The translations under genes and the position numbers were made by a program. From Patescibacteria group bacterium (GTDB lineage Bacteria > Patescibacteriota > Patescibacteriia > 2-01-FULL-39-33), in assembly GCA_041649575.1 (NCBI GenBank), contig JBAZMW010000002.1, positions 30,001-62,000 on the forward strand: DNA of 32,000 bases, given 5' to 3'. The notes under the pieces were generated by a model. It was not told where the DNA came from, did not search any database, and saw only the letters and a program-made list of their open reading frames with translations. Position 1 is the stretch's first letter. Each line of letters starts with the position of its first letter. This document shows, piece by piece, positions 1-9,541 of this stretch.

Positions 1-717
1 TTTCAATGGCTGGCTAATTGTCGGGTCAACTATTTTCGAGACGATTATTTAAACGACCAGTTTTTGGAAAAATTGAAGCGATCCGGCTGTTACAAGCTGA
101 TGTTTGGGGCCGAATCTGGCTCACAGCGGGTTCTCGATTGGCTAAAGAAGGACATCACCGTGGCTCAGATAATCGAGTCTGCCCAGCTGTGCCAAAAGCA
201 TGGTCTGCGAGCCAATTATTCGTTTATGTGCGCTCTGCCGACCGAGACCAAAAAAGAGAGACTGGAAACCCTAGAGTTGATTGACAGGTTGATGGCGATA
301 GGCGATTGCATCGAGATTATCTCGCCCCAACCTTATCGGCCTTATCCCGGAGACGAGTTGGCACAGTATTGCCAAAAGTTAGGCTATCAATTTCCGGATA
401 AACTGGAAGATTGGCCCAAGGTGGTGGCCAAGTCTATGGATAGCAGCTCCAGCAACCTGGAAAATTTTCCCTGGATTAAAAATCCCAATGAGATCCGGCT
501 ACAGAGAGTTTGTTCTATTATCGCTACCAGCAAAAAAGGAATGAGGGGCTATATCAAAAGATACCCACTGGTTCTCGCTCCATTTATTGCCCTGTTTTAT
601 TTATTGGAAAAAACCAGATGGAAATTGAAATTTTTTGGCTGGCCTTTAGAGTATTCGATTTTTATTAACTTGTATTGGCAGACGCAAAAATTGAGAAAAA
701 AATTATTTATCAAATAA
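1..717 (+). CDS. Radical SAM enzyme, C-terminal part (5' end lies upstream of the window); probably the class-B/B12-domain type like its neighbours
   Basis: Frame 1 is open from nt 1 (FQWLANCRVNYFRDDYLNDQFLEKLKRSGC...), so the TTG at 64 in the ORF track is not a real start. The block KLKRSGCYKLMFGAESGSQRVLDWLKKDITVAQIIESAQLCQKHGLRANYSFMCALPTETKKE is collinear with LMKKAGCSRIHYGVESGVDRVLENLRKGITVEMV...YFMVGCPGETMDD of the complete rSAM at 10980..12395. The tail is hydrophobic and basic. Confidence 0.8.
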   Translation, partial: FQWLANCRVNYFRDDYLNDQFLEKLKRSGCYKLMFGAESGSQRVLDWLKKDITVAQIIESAQLCQKHGLRANYSFMCALPTETKKERLETLELIDRLMAIGDCIEIISPQPYRPYPGDELAQYCQKLGYQFPDKLEDWPKVVAKSMDSSSSNLENFPWIKNPNEIRLQRVCSIIATSKKGMRGYIKRYPLVLAPFIALFYLLEKTRWKLKFFGWPLEYSIFINLYWQTQKLRKKLFIK

Positions 718-718
718 G

Positions 719-1798
719 ATGAAAATTTGTTATTTTGGCATTTATAATCCCAAGTATAGTCGCAATAGAGTTATTATTAAAGGACTAAAAGAAAATGGCA
801 TAGAAGTCATAGAGTGCAGCAGCAATTTATCCGGGCTTAGAAAATATTTTGATTTAATAAAAAAACACAAAAAAATTAAAAAAGATTACGACTTAATGAT
901 TGTTGGCTTTCCCAGCAATCAGGCGGCGTTTCTGGCCAAATTTCTGACTCGAAAACCGGTGATAGCCGATGCTTTCGTGTCTTTTTATGATTCGATGATC
1001 TTTGATCGAAAAAATCATTCCCCTCGCAGTTTACCGGCGCTCTATTATTGGTTTTTAGATTGGTTGCCGGCACGGTTTTCCGATTTAGTTTTATTAGACA
1101 CCCGAGTCCACATTAATTATTTTGTGCGCACCTTCGGCATAAGAGAGGAGAAGTTTGAACGCGTTTTGGTGGGAACTGATGAGAGTGAGATATATTTTGA
1201 CCCGGCCTTAAAGAAAAAACTTGATTATTTTTTGGTTCATTACCATGCTAGCTTTTTACCGCTCCAGGGAACCGAATATATTATTAAAGCGGCCAAAATT
1301 TTGGAAAAAGAAAATATCAGGTTTAATATTATTGGCAGTGGCCCGGAATATAATAAGATTATCAAGTTGGCTCAAAGCCTGGAGACTAATAACACGGAAT
1401 TCATCAAGCCAGTCCCTTATGAGAAATTAAGGCAATATATTTCGGTGGCCGATATTTGTTTAGGGATTTTTGGCCAAACACCTAAGACCAGCCGGGTTAT
1501 ACCCAACAAAATTTATGAAGCGATTGCTTGTGGCAAAGCAGTGATTACCGCTGATGAGCCGGCTATCCATGAAGTGTTTACCGATGGTAGTAATATTGTT
1601 TTGTGTCACTCGGCTGATCCGAAAGATTTGGCAGAAAAAATTTTGTTTCTAAGAGATCACCAAGCGCTAAGACAGAGGATTGCCGATAGTGCCTATGAAT
1701 TTTTTCTATATAAACTAACACCAAGAGTTATAGTGGAGCAACTGATCAAGAGATTGAAAAAAGAATTCTTAAACGATAAAGCCAGAGAGAATGTATAA
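719..1798 (+). CDS. Glycosyltransferase, GT-B fold (GT4/GT1-like)
   Basis: 359-aa ORF whose ATG lies 1 nt after the upstream stop. The N-terminus MKICYFGIYNPKYSRNRVIIKGLKENGIEV and the C-terminal donor-binding-like block PNKIYEAIACGKAVITADEPAIHEVF are typical of GT-B enzymes. The family call is from motif memory only. Confidence 0.7.
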   Translation: MKICYFGIYNPKYSRNRVIIKGLKENGIEVIECSSNLSGLRKYFDLIKKHKKIKKDYDLMIVGFPSNQAAFLAKFLTRKPVIADAFVSFYDSMIFDRKNHSPRSLPALYYWFLDWLPARFSDLVLLDTRVHINYFVRTFGIREEKFERVLVGTDESEIYFDPALKKKLDYFLVHYHASFLPLQGTEYIIKAAKILEKENIRFNIIGSGPEYNKIIKLAQSLETNNTEFIKPVPYEKLRQYISVADICLGIFGQTPKTSRVIPNKIYEAIACGKAVITADEPAIHEVFTDGSNIVLCHSADPKDLAEKILFLRDHQALRQRIADSAYEFFLYKLTPRVIVEQLIKRLKKEFLNDKARENV

Positions 1799-3269
1799 AA
1801 TCACAAGTCCCCATGATATTTTACTTATTCTGCCACCGAAGCGGTTTAAGGAACACCGTTATTCTTTGGGTTTGATGTATATCTCTGGTTATTTGCGCGA
1901 TCATGGCTATGATAATACTATAATTGAAAGCAAGATTTTTGGCGGTAAAGATTATCAGTACGACCGAGAGAAAGCTAGAGAAGAAATTATTGAAATAGTA
2001 GTGCGCCTCAAACCAAAAATCATTGGTTTTACTTCCACCACCATTGAGATTAATGAGGTAATTTGGTTAAATCGGGAAATTCGTTCAAAAATCGATAGTC
2101 ATTCTATAATCGGCGGTTCTCACGCGACGGCCATGCCAGAGCAAACACTTCTCTCTGGCTTTGAGGCGGTGGTGTTGGGCGAGGGAGAAGAGACAACGCT
2201 GGAGTTGGTTAGAGAGCTGGAAAAAGATAAGCCTAATTTGTCATCGGTTGGCGGTATTGCTTGGCTGGACAGGGGCTCTAATCGAGTTGTCATAAACAAA
2301 TCGCGAGAACAAATCGATATTTCTCAATTGTCGTTGCCAGCTTATGACAAGATAAATATGGATTATCATACGCGCCTGGGAGACGATATAATCCGTGGCT
2401 TTCCGATTAGAGCGGCTATGGTGATGGCTTCTCGCGGCTGTCCTTATAGTTGCACTTTTTGTGGTTGTAATCGGATTTTCGGCCACCAGATTCGTTACCG
2501 CAGTTTGGACAACATCAAGGAGGAAATAAAGCTTTTAAGAGACAAATATGGTGTCGAGGGAATTTGGTTTGCGGATGACACTCTGACTGTAAGTTATGAC
2601 CATGTCCAAAAAGTTTGTGACATTATGAAAGAACTAGGAATGTATTGGGGTGCGCAGTCGAGAGTGGATTTAACCAATGAAAAAATGGTAAAATTAATGA
2701 GTTCCAGTGGCTGTCTCCAGCTCGATTTCGGCGTCGAATCAGGGAATCAAAGGGTGTTGGATAAAATTATAAATAAAAGAATAAAATTAGCTGAAGTAGA
2801 AAAAGCTTTTATTTTATGCCGGAAATATCACCTCAGGACGCAAGCCAGTTTTATGATCGGCTTTCCCACAGAAACCAAAGAGGAGATGGAAGACACTTTT
2901 AGGTTTGCCCAAAAAATTAAACCAGATTATTATTCTTTTAATATTTTAATGCCCCTGCCAGGGACAGAGATCTATGAAAAATATTTCAAGGGCGAGATAA
3001 CTCTAGCAGATTATGAGGACGTTAACTTTCATAAAACGAAAGACAAGTTTAATAAGTCTCAAGTAAAAGATTTAAATCGACTGCACGCCCAGTGGCGCAG
3101 CAAGCTTTTTGAGGGTGTTAAAATTCGAAGCTTAATTCATCCTCTCAAGGTCTTGGTCTTGTTTTTAAGACTTGGCCACAAGAGAGAGAGGGTGAAGTTT
3201 ATCGGTTTTAAAATAAAAAGAGCTACAAAATATTTTCTCAATAAACTCGGTTTTAAGTTTGTTTTATGA
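1791..3269 (+). CDS. Class-B radical SAM enzyme with N-terminal B12-binding-like domain
   Basis: The N-terminal Rossmann-like signature is ILLILPP...SLGLMYISGYLRDHGY...IIGGSHATAMPE...VVLGEGEE. The rSAM cluster motif is ASRGCPYSCTFC (CxxxCxxC). Downstream are FGVESGNQRVLDKI and MIGFPTETKEEM. The start overlaps the upstream gene by 8 nt. Confidence 0.88.
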   Translation: MYKITSPHDILLILPPKRFKEHRYSLGLMYISGYLRDHGYDNTIIESKIFGGKDYQYDREKAREEIIEIVVRLKPKIIGFTSTTIEINEVIWLNREIRSKIDSHSIIGGSHATAMPEQTLLSGFEAVVLGEGEETTLELVRELEKDKPNLSSVGGIAWLDRGSNRVVINKSREQIDISQLSLPAYDKINMDYHTRLGDDIIRGFPIRAAMVMASRGCPYSCTFCGCNRIFGHQIRYRSLDNIKEEIKLLRDKYGVEGIWFADDTLTVSYDHVQKVCDIMKELGMYWGAQSRVDLTNEKMVKLMSSSGCLQLDFGVESGNQRVLDKIINKRIKLAEVEKAFILCRKYHLRTQASFMIGFPTETKEEMEDTFRFAQKIKPDYYSFNILMPLPGTEIYEKYFKGEITLADYEDVNFHKTKDKFNKSQVKDLNRLHAQWRSKLFEGVKIRSLIHPLKVLVLFLRLGHKRERVKFIGFKIKRATKYFLNKLGFKFVL

Positions 3270-4417
3270 AAATGATTTATATTGCCAACGCTAGAATTCC
3301 CACAGAGAAAGCCCATGGTTATCAAATAATGAAAATGTGCGAATCTTTTGCCGATCTGGGAGTTAAGGTTGATTTGATTCTGCCATATCGGAGCAATAAA
3401 CAGTTTCGGGGAGTAGCGTCATTCAAACATTATCTAGTAAAAAATAATTTTACGATTAAAAAAATTTATTGTCCCGACCCAGTTTTTTTAATGAATAAGT
3501 CGGGCTGGTATATAAAAATTCAATCATTATTTTTTTCTTTAGGGCTATTGATTTATTTGGTTTTTAAATCAAGAAAAGATGAAATTATTTATACTAGAGA
3601 CGAATATTTTTTGTCTTGGTTAACGTGGTTTCCTAATAAAGTGATTTGGGAGGCGCATGACTTGTTAAGATCACGGCAGACGAAGCAGTGGCTTAAATGT
3701 TTTAGAATCATGACCATCACCCAGGGTTTAAAGGATGAGATGACGAGACTGGGCGTACCAGAAGAAAAGATTTTGGTGGCGCCGGACGGTGTCGATTTGA
3801 AGCTATTTGCAGGAATTTCTAATTCAAAAAAAGATTTAAGAGAGGAATTAGCTCTGCCGCTAGAAGAAAAAATTATCCTTTATGCTGGTCATCTTTATGA
3901 TTGGAAAGGGGCAGATACTTTGGCTCAAGCCGCCACTTTTTTAAAAAATGAAAACGTTAAATTTGTCTTCGTTGGTGGAATAGGCAAAGACTTAGAAGCT
4001 TTTACCAAGAGTTATGGTGGAGAAAAAAATATTCTAATTGTCGGTCAGGTGAATCGATCTGTGGTGCCAAAATATTTAAAGGCGGCGGATGTTCTGATTT
4101 TGCCCAATTCCGCCAAGCGGGAAATCTCCAGTCACTACTCCTCACCTCTGAAGCTTTTTGAATATATGGCCAGTGGTCGGCCGATAATTGCTTCCCGTCT
4201 CGATTCTTTACAGGAGGTTTTAACCGACGAAGAATGTATTTTTTTCTCTCCCGATGATGCTATTGATTTGGCGCAAAAGATTAGCCACCTATTATCAAAT
4301 AAAGAGTTGGCCGAGAAAGTGGCCGCCAAAGCCGGAGAGAAAGTAAAAGATTATACCTGGGAAAATCGCGCTAAAAATATTATTAAATTTATAAAATATG
4401 CTGGATCAGTATCTTAA
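3266..4417 (+). CDS. Glycosyltransferase family 4-like (GT-B)
   Basis: The start overlaps the upstream stop as ATGA. The N-terminus is IYIANARIPTEKAHGYQIMKMCESFADLG. The C-terminal block SPLKLFEYMASGRPIIASRLDSLQEVL is the EX7E-type region of retaining GT4 enzymes. Confidence 0.85.
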   Translation: MKMIYIANARIPTEKAHGYQIMKMCESFADLGVKVDLILPYRSNKQFRGVASFKHYLVKNNFTIKKIYCPDPVFLMNKSGWYIKIQSLFFSLGLLIYLVFKSRKDEIIYTRDEYFLSWLTWFPNKVIWEAHDLLRSRQTKQWLKCFRIMTITQGLKDEMTRLGVPEEKILVAPDGVDLKLFAGISNSKKDLREELALPLEEKIILYAGHLYDWKGADTLAQAATFLKNENVKFVFVGGIGKDLEAFTKSYGGEKNILIVGQVNRSVVPKYLKAADVLILPNSAKREISSHYSSPLKLFEYMASGRPIIASRLDSLQEVLTDEECIFFSPDDAIDLAQKISHLLSNKELAEKVAAKAGEKVKDYTWENRAKNIIKFIKYAGSVS

Positions 4418-5078
4418 TAAAAACACCGATCTCGATTCCAGCCAAAAGGCCTGGGAGCGTTCGTGGTGCAAGCAGTCTTTTGGTTTTGCTAGAGTCATCG
4501 ACGTTGGTCGAAGAATCTATAATTATTTTTTACTGCGATTTTTAAAGAATCACATTAATGGCCAGGCCGAATTTTTGGAACTGGGTTGCGGCACAGCCAC
4601 CCTGGGCCTGAAACTGGCCCATTATGTCAAAGCATATACTGGTTTTGATATCGCGCTCAATGCATTACAGGAAGCAGAAAAGAATTTTAGAAATAGCGGG
4701 CTGAGTAATTTTAGTTTTGCGATTAAAGATATCACTAATTTTGATTGCGAACAGAGGTTTGATGTGGTTTGGTCCCAGGGACTAATTGAGCATTTTCCCG
4801 AGCCGGCCAAATTAATTGACGCTCATCTGCAGGCTTGTAAAAGAGGCGGTAAAGTTATTATTTCCGTCCCGGCTAGGAATTCCTATCATTATATTTGGTA
4901 TCTACTCACCCGGCCGAAATGGCTAAGACGTTTTTGGCCCTGGCCGGATGAAATTTTTATATCTGACAAAATGTTTAAAGAATATCTTAAATTGTTGGTA
5001 AATGATTATCAAAAATATACCCTAACTTCCTTAAGGCCTCGGTTCCTGGGGTTGTCAATCTTGATTATTGAAAAGTAA
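4398..5078 (+). CDS. Class I SAM-dependent methyltransferase
   Basis: Motif I is FLELGCGTATLG. The post-I acidic residue is in GFDIA. Further matches are DVVWSQGLIEHFPEP and CKRGGKVIISVP. The start overlaps the upstream gene by 20 nt. Confidence 0.8.
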   Translation: MLDQYLNKNTDLDSSQKAWERSWCKQSFGFARVIDVGRRIYNYFLLRFLKNHINGQAEFLELGCGTATLGLKLAHYVKAYTGFDIALNALQEAEKNFRNSGLSNFSFAIKDITNFDCEQRFDVVWSQGLIEHFPEPAKLIDAHLQACKRGGKVIISVPARNSYHYIWYLLTRPKWLRRFWPWPDEIFISDKMFKEYLKLLVNDYQKYTLTSLRPRFLGLSILIIEK

Positions 5079-5084
5079 TTTTTT

Positions 5085-6824
5085 ATGATGATCAAAAAAC
5101 ATTACTGGGCTTTTATTCTGGCAATTATAGTTGGTGTTTTATATCTGGCACCACAACTTTTTTTTATATTTTCTTTGGGTGATAAGTTTCAAGGAGTTTA
5201 CCGTACGCTTAATGATGACGAGCTTTATTATATGTCGCGGGCGCAGGAAGTGGTTGATGGGCATTATCTTATTAGTAATCCTTATTTTGCCGAATATAAA
5301 AATAGTTTGCCAATGCAGGTTTTTTTGCCGGATTTGATTATCGCCTTGCCGGCTAAATTGCTGGGAATTAGCGTTGGTCAGCTGTATACTTTTTACGATT
5401 TTTTATTCCCGGCCGTTTTGTTTACCCTGACTTACTTTATCTTTTATCTTTTGACAAAAAATAGATTGTGGTCCTTAGTTTTTGGCTCTTTTCTGCTTCT
5501 GATAAAATATTTTTACGTTTTTAATCGTCCGATGAATCCCCAGTTTGTTTTTATTTTTGTTCTCAGCTTAATTTTATTATGGTTGATAATCTTATCTCGG
5601 TCCCGAGATCAGAATAAAAAAAATAACTGGCTGGTTGTTTTGGCTGGAATAAATCTGGGCCTGCTGTTTAACTTCTACACCTACTTTTGGACGTATTTTG
5701 TCACTATTATTTTTATTTTATTGATTTATTTTTTATACAAAAAAGATTTTTATTTTTTGAAAAAATTTTTTGGCATTGGTCTGATCGGCTTAGTTGTTGG
5801 CATTCCGTATTTTTATCAGGCCTGGCAATCAAGCAGGTTAATTTTTTTCCAGGAGACGATTCAGCGAATAGGACTTATAAACACGCGGCTTCCCTCGGGA
5901 ATCGTGATTAGTTTTTTGGCGCTGCTGATCATGGTTTTATTTATTATCTTTTGGCGTTTTGCTTCTAAAAGAGGAGCTAAAATAGCCAACACGGAAGTTT
6001 TTCTTTTTTTGGGCACACTGGCCGCTTTGGTTAATATGAATCAGCACCTGATCACTGGAAAAAATATATTTTTTTCTAGTCATTATGACTTAATCTCTTT
6101 CTTCTTTATTGGTTTTTCTTTTGTCTATCTTCTGTGGCGAAGCAGGATAGTTGTTTTTTTGGCCAGCTTGAAAGCCCTGTCAATAGTGGCCCTATTGACA
6201 ATAGTTGTTATTTTTTCATCAGTTTTTTCTAATTCGTTAAAATTTGATTATTCTGCCGAATTAAATAACCAAAGATATGCTTCGATTTTTGATTGGCTCA
6301 ATGACAATACAACGAAGGACTCGGTAGTCATGACGGATTCAGTGCTAAGCGAATATTTGCCGGCTTATACCCACAATAATGTATTCTTTAACTTTGGTGG
6401 CGTGCTATTTTTTGTAAGTAATCAGGAAATTTTGAATCGATTTGTTTTAAATAATTTTTGGCGTCAGAATTTTAATGAAGAATTTGTCAAGGAAAATTTC
6501 AAATCGGTTTACGGCTATCAATACGATGCTCAGGGCGGTCGGGCCAAACAAGTGAATAACTTCAAAAAAATATTTAATCTCCAAGGTGACGAGCTGGAAA
6601 AGATTTATTTTCCGCCAGATAAAATCAAGGCGGTTATTGACTATTATCACCAAACCAAAGAAGAGGATTGGGCCATAGCTTTCAAAAAATATCAGATTGA
6701 TTATTTAGCGGTCGATGAAACGATCACCAATAATTGGCAAGTGGATTTAAAAAAGTTTAGCTTTTTGCGGCCAATCTATGAAATGAATAAAATAAAGTTA
6801 TATCAGGTAGATTTTACAAAATGA
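5085..6824 (+). CDS. Polytopic membrane protein, GT-C-like glycosyltransferase candidate (YfhO/ArnT/PMT-like architecture) with a C-terminal soluble domain
   Basis: The 579-aa product has about 12 hydrophobic segments by eye over aa 1-380, then a roughly 190-aa non-hydrophobic C-terminus. The first-loop acidic motif NDDELYYMSRAQEV resembles the DExxY...R...E first periplasmic loop motif of ArnT/GT39-type enzymes. The coding call is strong; the function is inferred. Confidence 0.55.
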   Translation: MMIKKHYWAFILAIIVGVLYLAPQLFFIFSLGDKFQGVYRTLNDDELYYMSRAQEVVDGHYLISNPYFAEYKNSLPMQVFLPDLIIALPAKLLGISVGQLYTFYDFLFPAVLFTLTYFIFYLLTKNRLWSLVFGSFLLLIKYFYVFNRPMNPQFVFIFVLSLILLWLIILSRSRDQNKKNNWLVVLAGINLGLLFNFYTYFWTYFVTIIFILLIYFLYKKDFYFLKKFFGIGLIGLVVGIPYFYQAWQSSRLIFFQETIQRIGLINTRLPSGIVISFLALLIMVLFIIFWRFASKRGAKIANTEVFLFLGTLAALVNMNQHLITGKNIFFSSHYDLISFFFIGFSFVYLLWRSRIVVFLASLKALSIVALLTIVVIFSSVFSNSLKFDYSAELNNQRYASIFDWLNDNTTKDSVVMTDSVLSEYLPAYTHNNVFFNFGGVLFFVSNQEILNRFVLNNFWRQNFNEEFVKENFKSVYGYQYDAQGGRAKQVNNFKKIFNLQGDELEKIYFPPDKIKAVIDYYHQTKEEDWAIAFKKYQIDYLAVDETITNNWQVDLKKFSFLRPIYEMNKIKLYQVDFTK

Positions 6825-6884
6825 GGTTTTTGTGTTAAAGTAGCCTAATAAATTAGAAGGAAAAAGCCATAAAAATAAGCGATT

Positions 6885-8657
6885 ATGATTAGATTTATAA
6901 AAAATTATTACCCATTAATATTAATTATTATTTTGGGCGTATTACTACGTTTTTGGGGAGTTTTTCATGATTGGCCATTAAGTTCGGCTGCGTCAGGAAG
7001 AGACGAAATTAATATCTTAACTGGCAGCTTAAAGATGTTGAGCAATTTTAGCCTGGTGCCGCGGGCAGCCGATTCTGGCGGCGGCACTTATTTCCCCTTA
7101 ATGTATTATTTTTATTTGCCGTTTTTAATGGTTTATGCGGGGATTTTATTCATCTTGGGCCAAGTTCACACTTTGGCTGATATCAAGAACTCGGTTGCGC
7201 TGAATCTGGGCGATTGGCTGCTTGTCGGCCGTTTCATCTCGATTATTTTGGGCTCTTTTTCTATCTATCTAATCTATCTAATTGGTCAGAGGCTGTTTGA
7301 CAAAAAATCAGTCGCCTACTTGGCCGCTCTGTTTTTTGCCTTGAGCCCTTTTAATGTGGCTCTAAGCCATTTCGGAAAAATTTGGACGCCTCAAGTTTTT
7401 TTTATATTATTGGCGTTTTACTTTTTTCTTCGTTTTTGGCAGGATCCAAATGGTCGGCTCTCAATTAAAATTGTTTTTTTTACGGCTTTGTTTGTCTTGC
7501 TTTCTTTTGCGGTTAATCTTGTTGGCGCCATAGCTTACCCCCTGCTTTTGCTAATAATTTTCATTTATTACTGCGATTTTAAATGGCGTAAGTTTTTTGC
7601 ATTTTTAACCAGTCGCTGGTCGATTCTGTTACATTTATTTTTGGTTATTGGGGTTTTGGTTGTATTTTTAATAACACCCGATTGGTTTAAATCCTACGAC
7701 ATAATTAGGCGGATATTTTTTACAATCGATACCGGTATTCCTTTTTATGCTCAGGATTCGTTTTGGGATTTGCCTTGGTGGGGCAAAACCGGATTGGTGT
7801 TGAATATATTGCTTCAGTTTGAAACGGTCGCCTTTCTCTTCCTGGCGCCGGCCTTTTGGTTTTTATATAAACAAGGCAAAAAAAATTTTTATTTTTTGCT
7901 CTTTTCTTTGTTGGGATTTTTTATCGTTTTAAGTCCGCCACTGATGAATACCACTCGACCACGTTATCTGTCTTTATTAACCCCTTTTTTAATTTTTCCC
8001 GCCGCTTACCTGTCGAACAAGCTGGTGACTTGTTTCAGACAGAAGAGGGCATCCCTGGTTTTTATCTTTGTGTTTATAGCTATTATTATTGCTCCCGCTC
8101 TATTTATTGATCTAAAATATGATTATCTTTTACAAAAGAATAGTACAAAACTGGAGCTGTATTCCTGGTTGAAAAACAATCTCCAGCCTGGCGAAAAAGC
8201 CCTTTTAGTGGAATACTATTTTTTGCAAGACTTACCGCCAGATAAAGAGCTGATCTCTCTGATCAAAGAATATTCCCCGTCATATTATTCTACGCGTTTG
8301 AAATATATAGACAGTGGGTTGGCAGGAGATCTTCGTGGTTATGGCCTCTACTCCAATGGATTTATTTGCCAGTGGCCCAAAGAAGTGGTGGAAAAGATAA
8401 AATTTGATTATATTATTATCGCCGAGACTAAAACCCCTCCATCTTTTGACTTGGCCAATTATCATGATTTCAGGCTCCTGGATGTTTGTGACAGTATCCC
8501 TAAATATCGTTTGACGACAGAGCAGTTGGTTTTTAGTGAGGATAATAGCCCTTATTTCAACTATAGTATCGATAGCGGCACTCCTTTGGAATCATATTAC
8601 CCACTATGGCAAATCAAAAAAATCGGCAAGCCGGTAAATATTTATAAGATAAAATAA
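6885..8657 (+). CDS. GT-C fold glycosyltransferase, family 39/83-like (PMT/ArnT-type, uses a polyprenyl-phosphate-sugar donor)
   Basis: 590 aa. An N-terminal TM helix is followed by the loop motif SGRDEINILTGSLKM (DE motif). Many TM helices span aa 60-410, followed by a roughly 170-aa C-terminal soluble domain. The gene sits directly upstream of a GtrB/ArnC-like GT2. Confidence 0.7.
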   Translation: MIRFIKNYYPLILIIILGVLLRFWGVFHDWPLSSAASGRDEINILTGSLKMLSNFSLVPRAADSGGGTYFPLMYYFYLPFLMVYAGILFILGQVHTLADIKNSVALNLGDWLLVGRFISIILGSFSIYLIYLIGQRLFDKKSVAYLAALFFALSPFNVALSHFGKIWTPQVFFILLAFYFFLRFWQDPNGRLSIKIVFFTALFVLLSFAVNLVGAIAYPLLLLIIFIYYCDFKWRKFFAFLTSRWSILLHLFLVIGVLVVFLITPDWFKSYDIIRRIFFTIDTGIPFYAQDSFWDLPWWGKTGLVLNILLQFETVAFLFLAPAFWFLYKQGKKNFYFLLFSLLGFFIVLSPPLMNTTRPRYLSLLTPFLIFPAAYLSNKLVTCFRQKRASLVFIFVFIAIIIAPALFIDLKYDYLLQKNSTKLELYSWLKNNLQPGEKALLVEYYFLQDLPPDKELISLIKEYSPSYYSTRLKYIDSGLAGDLRGYGLYSNGFICQWPKEVVEKIKFDYIIIAETKTPPSFDLANYHDFRLLDVCDSIPKYRLTTEQLVFSEDNSPYFNYSIDSGTPLESYYPLWQIKKIGKPVNIYKIK

Positions 8658-8663
8658 ACTTTT

Positions 8664-9536
8664 ATGGAAAGTTATCAAAAAAAGTCATTATCCGTCGTAG
8701 TCCCCGTTTATAATGAGGAGAAGACAGTCGGTCAGGTTATGGCCAGTCTAAAGAGCGAATTATCAAAATTAGACGTCCAGTACGAAATTATTGCGGTTAA
8801 TGACTGTTCACAAGATCAAAGTCTGGTTGTTTTGGAAAAGATAGATGGAATTAAGGCAATAAGCCATCCTCACAATAAAGGCTATGGCGCCTCTTTAAAA
8901 ACTGGCATCAAGGCCAGTCAATATGAATGGATCTTAATTATCGATGCCGACGGCACTTATCCCATCGATTCCATTGCAAAGTTGCTGGAAAAAATCCCTC
9001 AGTACGACCTGGTGGTGGGAGCGCGTGATAATAAAAGCAGCGCCATTCCTTCAAGTCGCAGGCACGCCAAGGGATTTTTAAATAAATTCGCCGGCTATTT
9101 AGCTGGCCGCGAGATACCAGACTTAAACTCTGGGTTAAGAATTTTTAAAAAAGATATCATTTTGAAATATTGGGAATTATTTCCTAATAAATTTTCTTTT
9201 ACCTCTACTTTAACCATGACTTGTTTAACCCATCAGTATGAAACAATTTTTCTGCCAATCGATTATTATAAAAGACAGGGCAAGTCGTCGTTAAAACCAT
9301 TTGAATTTTTTGTTTTTTTGAAATTAATTATTAAACTGTCTTTATTTTTTAAGCCACTTAAGGTTTTTATTCCGATTAGCTTATTTTTACTGTTTATAGC
9401 AATACTACTAACAATTCTGTTTCTCGTGGGCGTTCTCGGCGCTTTTATGAACACAACAATCATGGTTTTATGCGCGACCGCGTTACAAACTTTTTTCTTC
9501 GGTTTGTTGGCGGAAATAGTCATTCATAATAAATAG
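8664..9536 (+). CDS. GT2 polyprenyl-phosphate glycosyltransferase (GtrB/ArnC/CsbB/DPM1-like)
   Basis: Matches include LSVVVPVYNEEKTV, AVNDCSQDQS, HPHNKGYGASLKTG and the DXD motif IIDADG. There are two C-terminal TM helices (IPISLFLLFIAILLTILFLVGVLGAF and LCATALQTFFFGLLAEIVI). It is a paralog of 28945..29835. Confidence 0.85.
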   Translation: MESYQKKSLSVVVPVYNEEKTVGQVMASLKSELSKLDVQYEIIAVNDCSQDQSLVVLEKIDGIKAISHPHNKGYGASLKTGIKASQYEWILIIDADGTYPIDSIAKLLEKIPQYDLVVGARDNKSSAIPSSRRHAKGFLNKFAGYLAGREIPDLNSGLRIFKKDIILKYWELFPNKFSFTSTLTMTCLTHQYETIFLPIDYYKRQGKSSLKPFEFFVFLKLIIKLSLFFKPLKVFIPISLFLLFIAILLTILFLVGVLGAFMNTTIMVLCATALQTFFFGLLAEIVIHNK

Positions 9537-9541
9537 TAATA

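Noticed and set aside
18-284. An 88-aa ORF at the 5' edge, and the TTG start at 64 given for the first gene.
   Set aside because: Frame 1 is open from nt 1 and its translation is collinear with the rSAM core of neighbouring paralogs. The real gene therefore starts upstream of the window, and the 18..284 ORF is an out-of-frame overlap.
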